The notes under the pieces were generated by a model. That model worked only from the letters and a program-made list of their open reading frames with translations, had not been told where the DNA came from and searched no databases. Made by a program: the position numbers and the translations under genes. A DNA stretch of 47,785 bases from an uncultured Gammaproteobacteria bacterium (GTDB taxonomy: Bacteria > Patescibacteriota > Patescibacteriia > UBA2591 > UBA6264): assembly GCA_964576065.1 (NCBI GenBank), contig CAZNTW010000001.1, positions 6,079 through 53,863 of the forward strand. The letters run 5' to 3'. Within the stretch, counting starts at the first letter, position 1; the number at the start of each line of letters is the position of its first letter. Of this stretch, positions 45,894 through 47,785 are shown in pieces.

Positions 45894-47682
45894 AATTAGA
45901 GAAAAATTTCTTGAATTTTTTAAAAACAAATCGCACCAGTTGGTGGCTTCGGCCTCTTTATTGCCGGCTGATCCTACCGCTCTTTTCACTTCGGCCGGAA
46001 TGCAACAGTTTGTTCCTTATTTAAGTGGACAAGTTGAACCGCCTTATCGCAGAGCTTGTTCAGTTCAGAAATGTTTTCGCACCTCGGATATTGACGAAGT
46101 GGGAGACGAATTTCATCATACTTTTTTTGAAATGTTGGGCAATTGGTCGTTTGGCGATTATTTTAAAAAAGAAGCCATTGAATGGTCTTTGGAGCTATTA
46201 ACGCAGATTTATTGTTTACCTAAGGATCGTTTATGGGTGACGGTATTCAAGGGGAATGGAGAAGTTTCAAACGATGAAGAAGCGGTGAAAATTTGGCAGA
46301 ACAACGGTGTGCCGACGGAAAAAATAAAAGAGTTTGGAATTGAAGACAATTTTTGGGGGCCGGTCGGTTCTTTTGGTCCTTGCGGTCCTTGTTCTGAAAT
46401 ACATTATGATCGCGGGGTGGAATTTAAAAAATCAGAATGCACAATAAAAGGTTGCGGTCCTAATTGCGGTTGCGGGAGATTTGTGGAAATATGGAATTTG
46501 GTTTTTATGGAATACGATAAAACCAAAGACGGCCAATATAAAAAACTACCCGCCAAAAATGTTGATACTGGCGCCGGGCTGGAAAGATTGTCTTGCATTT
46601 TACAAGGAAGGTCTTCAGACTATGAAATAGAATCATTTTTACCTTTAATAAAAGAAATTGAGAAAAATTGTTTTGAGAAAAAAGACGACTTGGCTGTTAA
46701 AAAATCAATAAGAATTATTGCCGATCATTTGCGAGGCATTTGTTTTTTGGTGGCCGGCGGAGTCATTCCCAGTAAAGAAGACAGAGGTTATGTCTTAAGA
46801 AGATTAATCAGACGAGCAATGAGGCATGGGCGTTTAATTGGAGCGCCAACAAATCTTTTGGTTTCTTTGGCGCCAATTATTATTAATGAGTATAAAAACA
46901 TTTATCCGGAATTAGACAAAAATCAAGCCGATATTATAACAGTTATTCAAAAAGAAGAAGAAAAATTTAATAAAACCTTAACCAAAGGGTTAAAAAAATT
47001 TAAAAAGATAATTCAACAAACAATAGAGCAGAAACAAATCGTTATTAACGCAGAGACAATTTTTCATCTTTATGACACTTATGGTTTTCCCTTGGAATTA
47101 ACTAAAGAAATGGTTTCTGAGTATGGTTTGGTGATTGATGAAAAGTCTTTTGAAAGGGAATTTAAAATTCACCAAGACATTTCTCGCGCCGGTGTGGCTA
47201 AAAAATTCGGAGGGGTGGGAGAATGGGGAAAGAAAGTCGCGGCGCATCATACAGCCACTCATTTATTACACCAAGCCCTGCGTCGAGTTTTGGGAGTCCA
47301 CGTTCAGCAAGCCGGTTCAGATTTAACGCCAGAAAGATTAAGGTTTGATTTTACTCACTCGGAAAAATTAACCCAAGAACAAATAAAAAAAGTTGAGGAG
47401 ATAGTTAACGACGCGATAAAACAAGAGTTAGAAGTAGAAATGGAAGAAATGTCGTATGAACAAGCGGTTGAATCGGGAGCTTTGGCTTTTTTTAAGGAAA
47501 AATATCCTAAAATAGTGAGAGTTTATTCGATTTTTAACGCATTAACCAAACAGATTTTTTCTAAGGAAATTTGCGCCGGTCCTCACGTCAAAAATACTAA
47601 GGAAATCGGTCAGTTTAAAATTATTAAAGAAGAAGCTAACGCCGCCGGTATTAGAAGAATAAAAGCAGTAATAGGGAGGTAG
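45880..47682 (+). CDS. alaS: Alanine--tRNA ligase, short form without the C-terminal C-Ala domain
   Basis: FTSAGMQQF and GNWSFGDYFK motifs, a GPCGPCSEIH-type region, and the editing-domain motifs HHTATHLLH and CAGPHV. It is 600 aa; canonical forms are about 870 aa. Confidence 0.92.
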   Translation: MTVNEIREKFLEFFKNKSHQLVASASLLPADPTALFTSAGMQQFVPYLSGQVEPPYRRACSVQKCFRTSDIDEVGDEFHHTFFEMLGNWSFGDYFKKEAIEWSLELLTQIYCLPKDRLWVTVFKGNGEVSNDEEAVKIWQNNGVPTEKIKEFGIEDNFWGPVGSFGPCGPCSEIHYDRGVEFKKSECTIKGCGPNCGCGRFVEIWNLVFMEYDKTKDGQYKKLPAKNVDTGAGLERLSCILQGRSSDYEIESFLPLIKEIEKNCFEKKDDLAVKKSIRIIADHLRGICFLVAGGVIPSKEDRGYVLRRLIRRAMRHGRLIGAPTNLLVSLAPIIINEYKNIYPELDKNQADIITVIQKEEEKFNKTLTKGLKKFKKIIQQTIEQKQIVINAETIFHLYDTYGFPLELTKEMVSEYGLVIDEKSFEREFKIHQDISRAGVAKKFGGVGEWGKKVAAHHTATHLLHQALRRVLGVHVQQAGSDLTPERLRFDFTHSEKLTQEQIKKVEEIVNDAIKQELEVEMEEMSYEQAVESGALAFFKEKYPKIVRVYSIFNALTKQIFSKEICAGPHVKNTKEIGQFKIIKEEANAAGIRRIKAVIGR

Positions 47683-47785
47683 AATTTGGAATTTAGAGAG
47701 TAGATTAGAATAAATAAAATTTAAGATTTGATATCTTGGCTTCCAACATCTATTGCAACGATTTCGATACTATTTAAAATATTGA

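Overview
AT-rich, very tightly packed bacterial window. All 56 intact CDS, both pseudogenes and the 4 tRNAs are on the + strand. The content is almost entirely core housekeeping: dnaB-recR, tpiA, a Thr-Tyr-Thr tRNA cluster, rpmG, tRNA-Trp, dnaJ, rsmI-metG, nrdDG, htrA, prfB (with the classic +1 frameshift), a split comEC, then tuf and a complete S10-spc ribosomal protein block through secY-adk-map, then ruvX, a GT4 transferase, an FtsK/HerA-type ATPase and alaS. Several features fit a reduced-genome Patescibacteria/CPR-like organism, but this is inferred and no search was run: no L30 gene between rpsE and rplO, K/E-rich extensions on several r-proteins, a split ComEC, a short AlaRS and many small membrane proteins. 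The genetic code is standard: TGA is used as a stop in ATGA overlaps and in the RF2 autoregulatory site. I see no CRISPR array, cas genes, integrase, transposase or obvious defence island, and I cannot point to a clear novel multi-gene system. The observations most worth a second look are: (1) two identical 55-nt structured elements at the left edge whose minus strand mimics a tRNA 5' half; (2) an adjacent mtnP-mtaD (MTA/SAH salvage) operon, the only decayed locus, with 4 in-frame stops of all three types plus 2 single-A insertions in poly-A runs; (3) a 278-nt structured spacer with a terminator-like hairpin between rpsJ and rplC; (4) a Cys4 insertion in EF-Tu; (5) a membrane protein (15060-16427) and an FtsK/HerA-like ATPase with a CxxC-x17-CxxC tail (43268-44800) that may be two separated halves of one machine; (6) a (TTTTGCA)x4 repeat directly upstream of rpsC. 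All family assignments come from motif recognition by eye and need HMM or BLAST confirmation.
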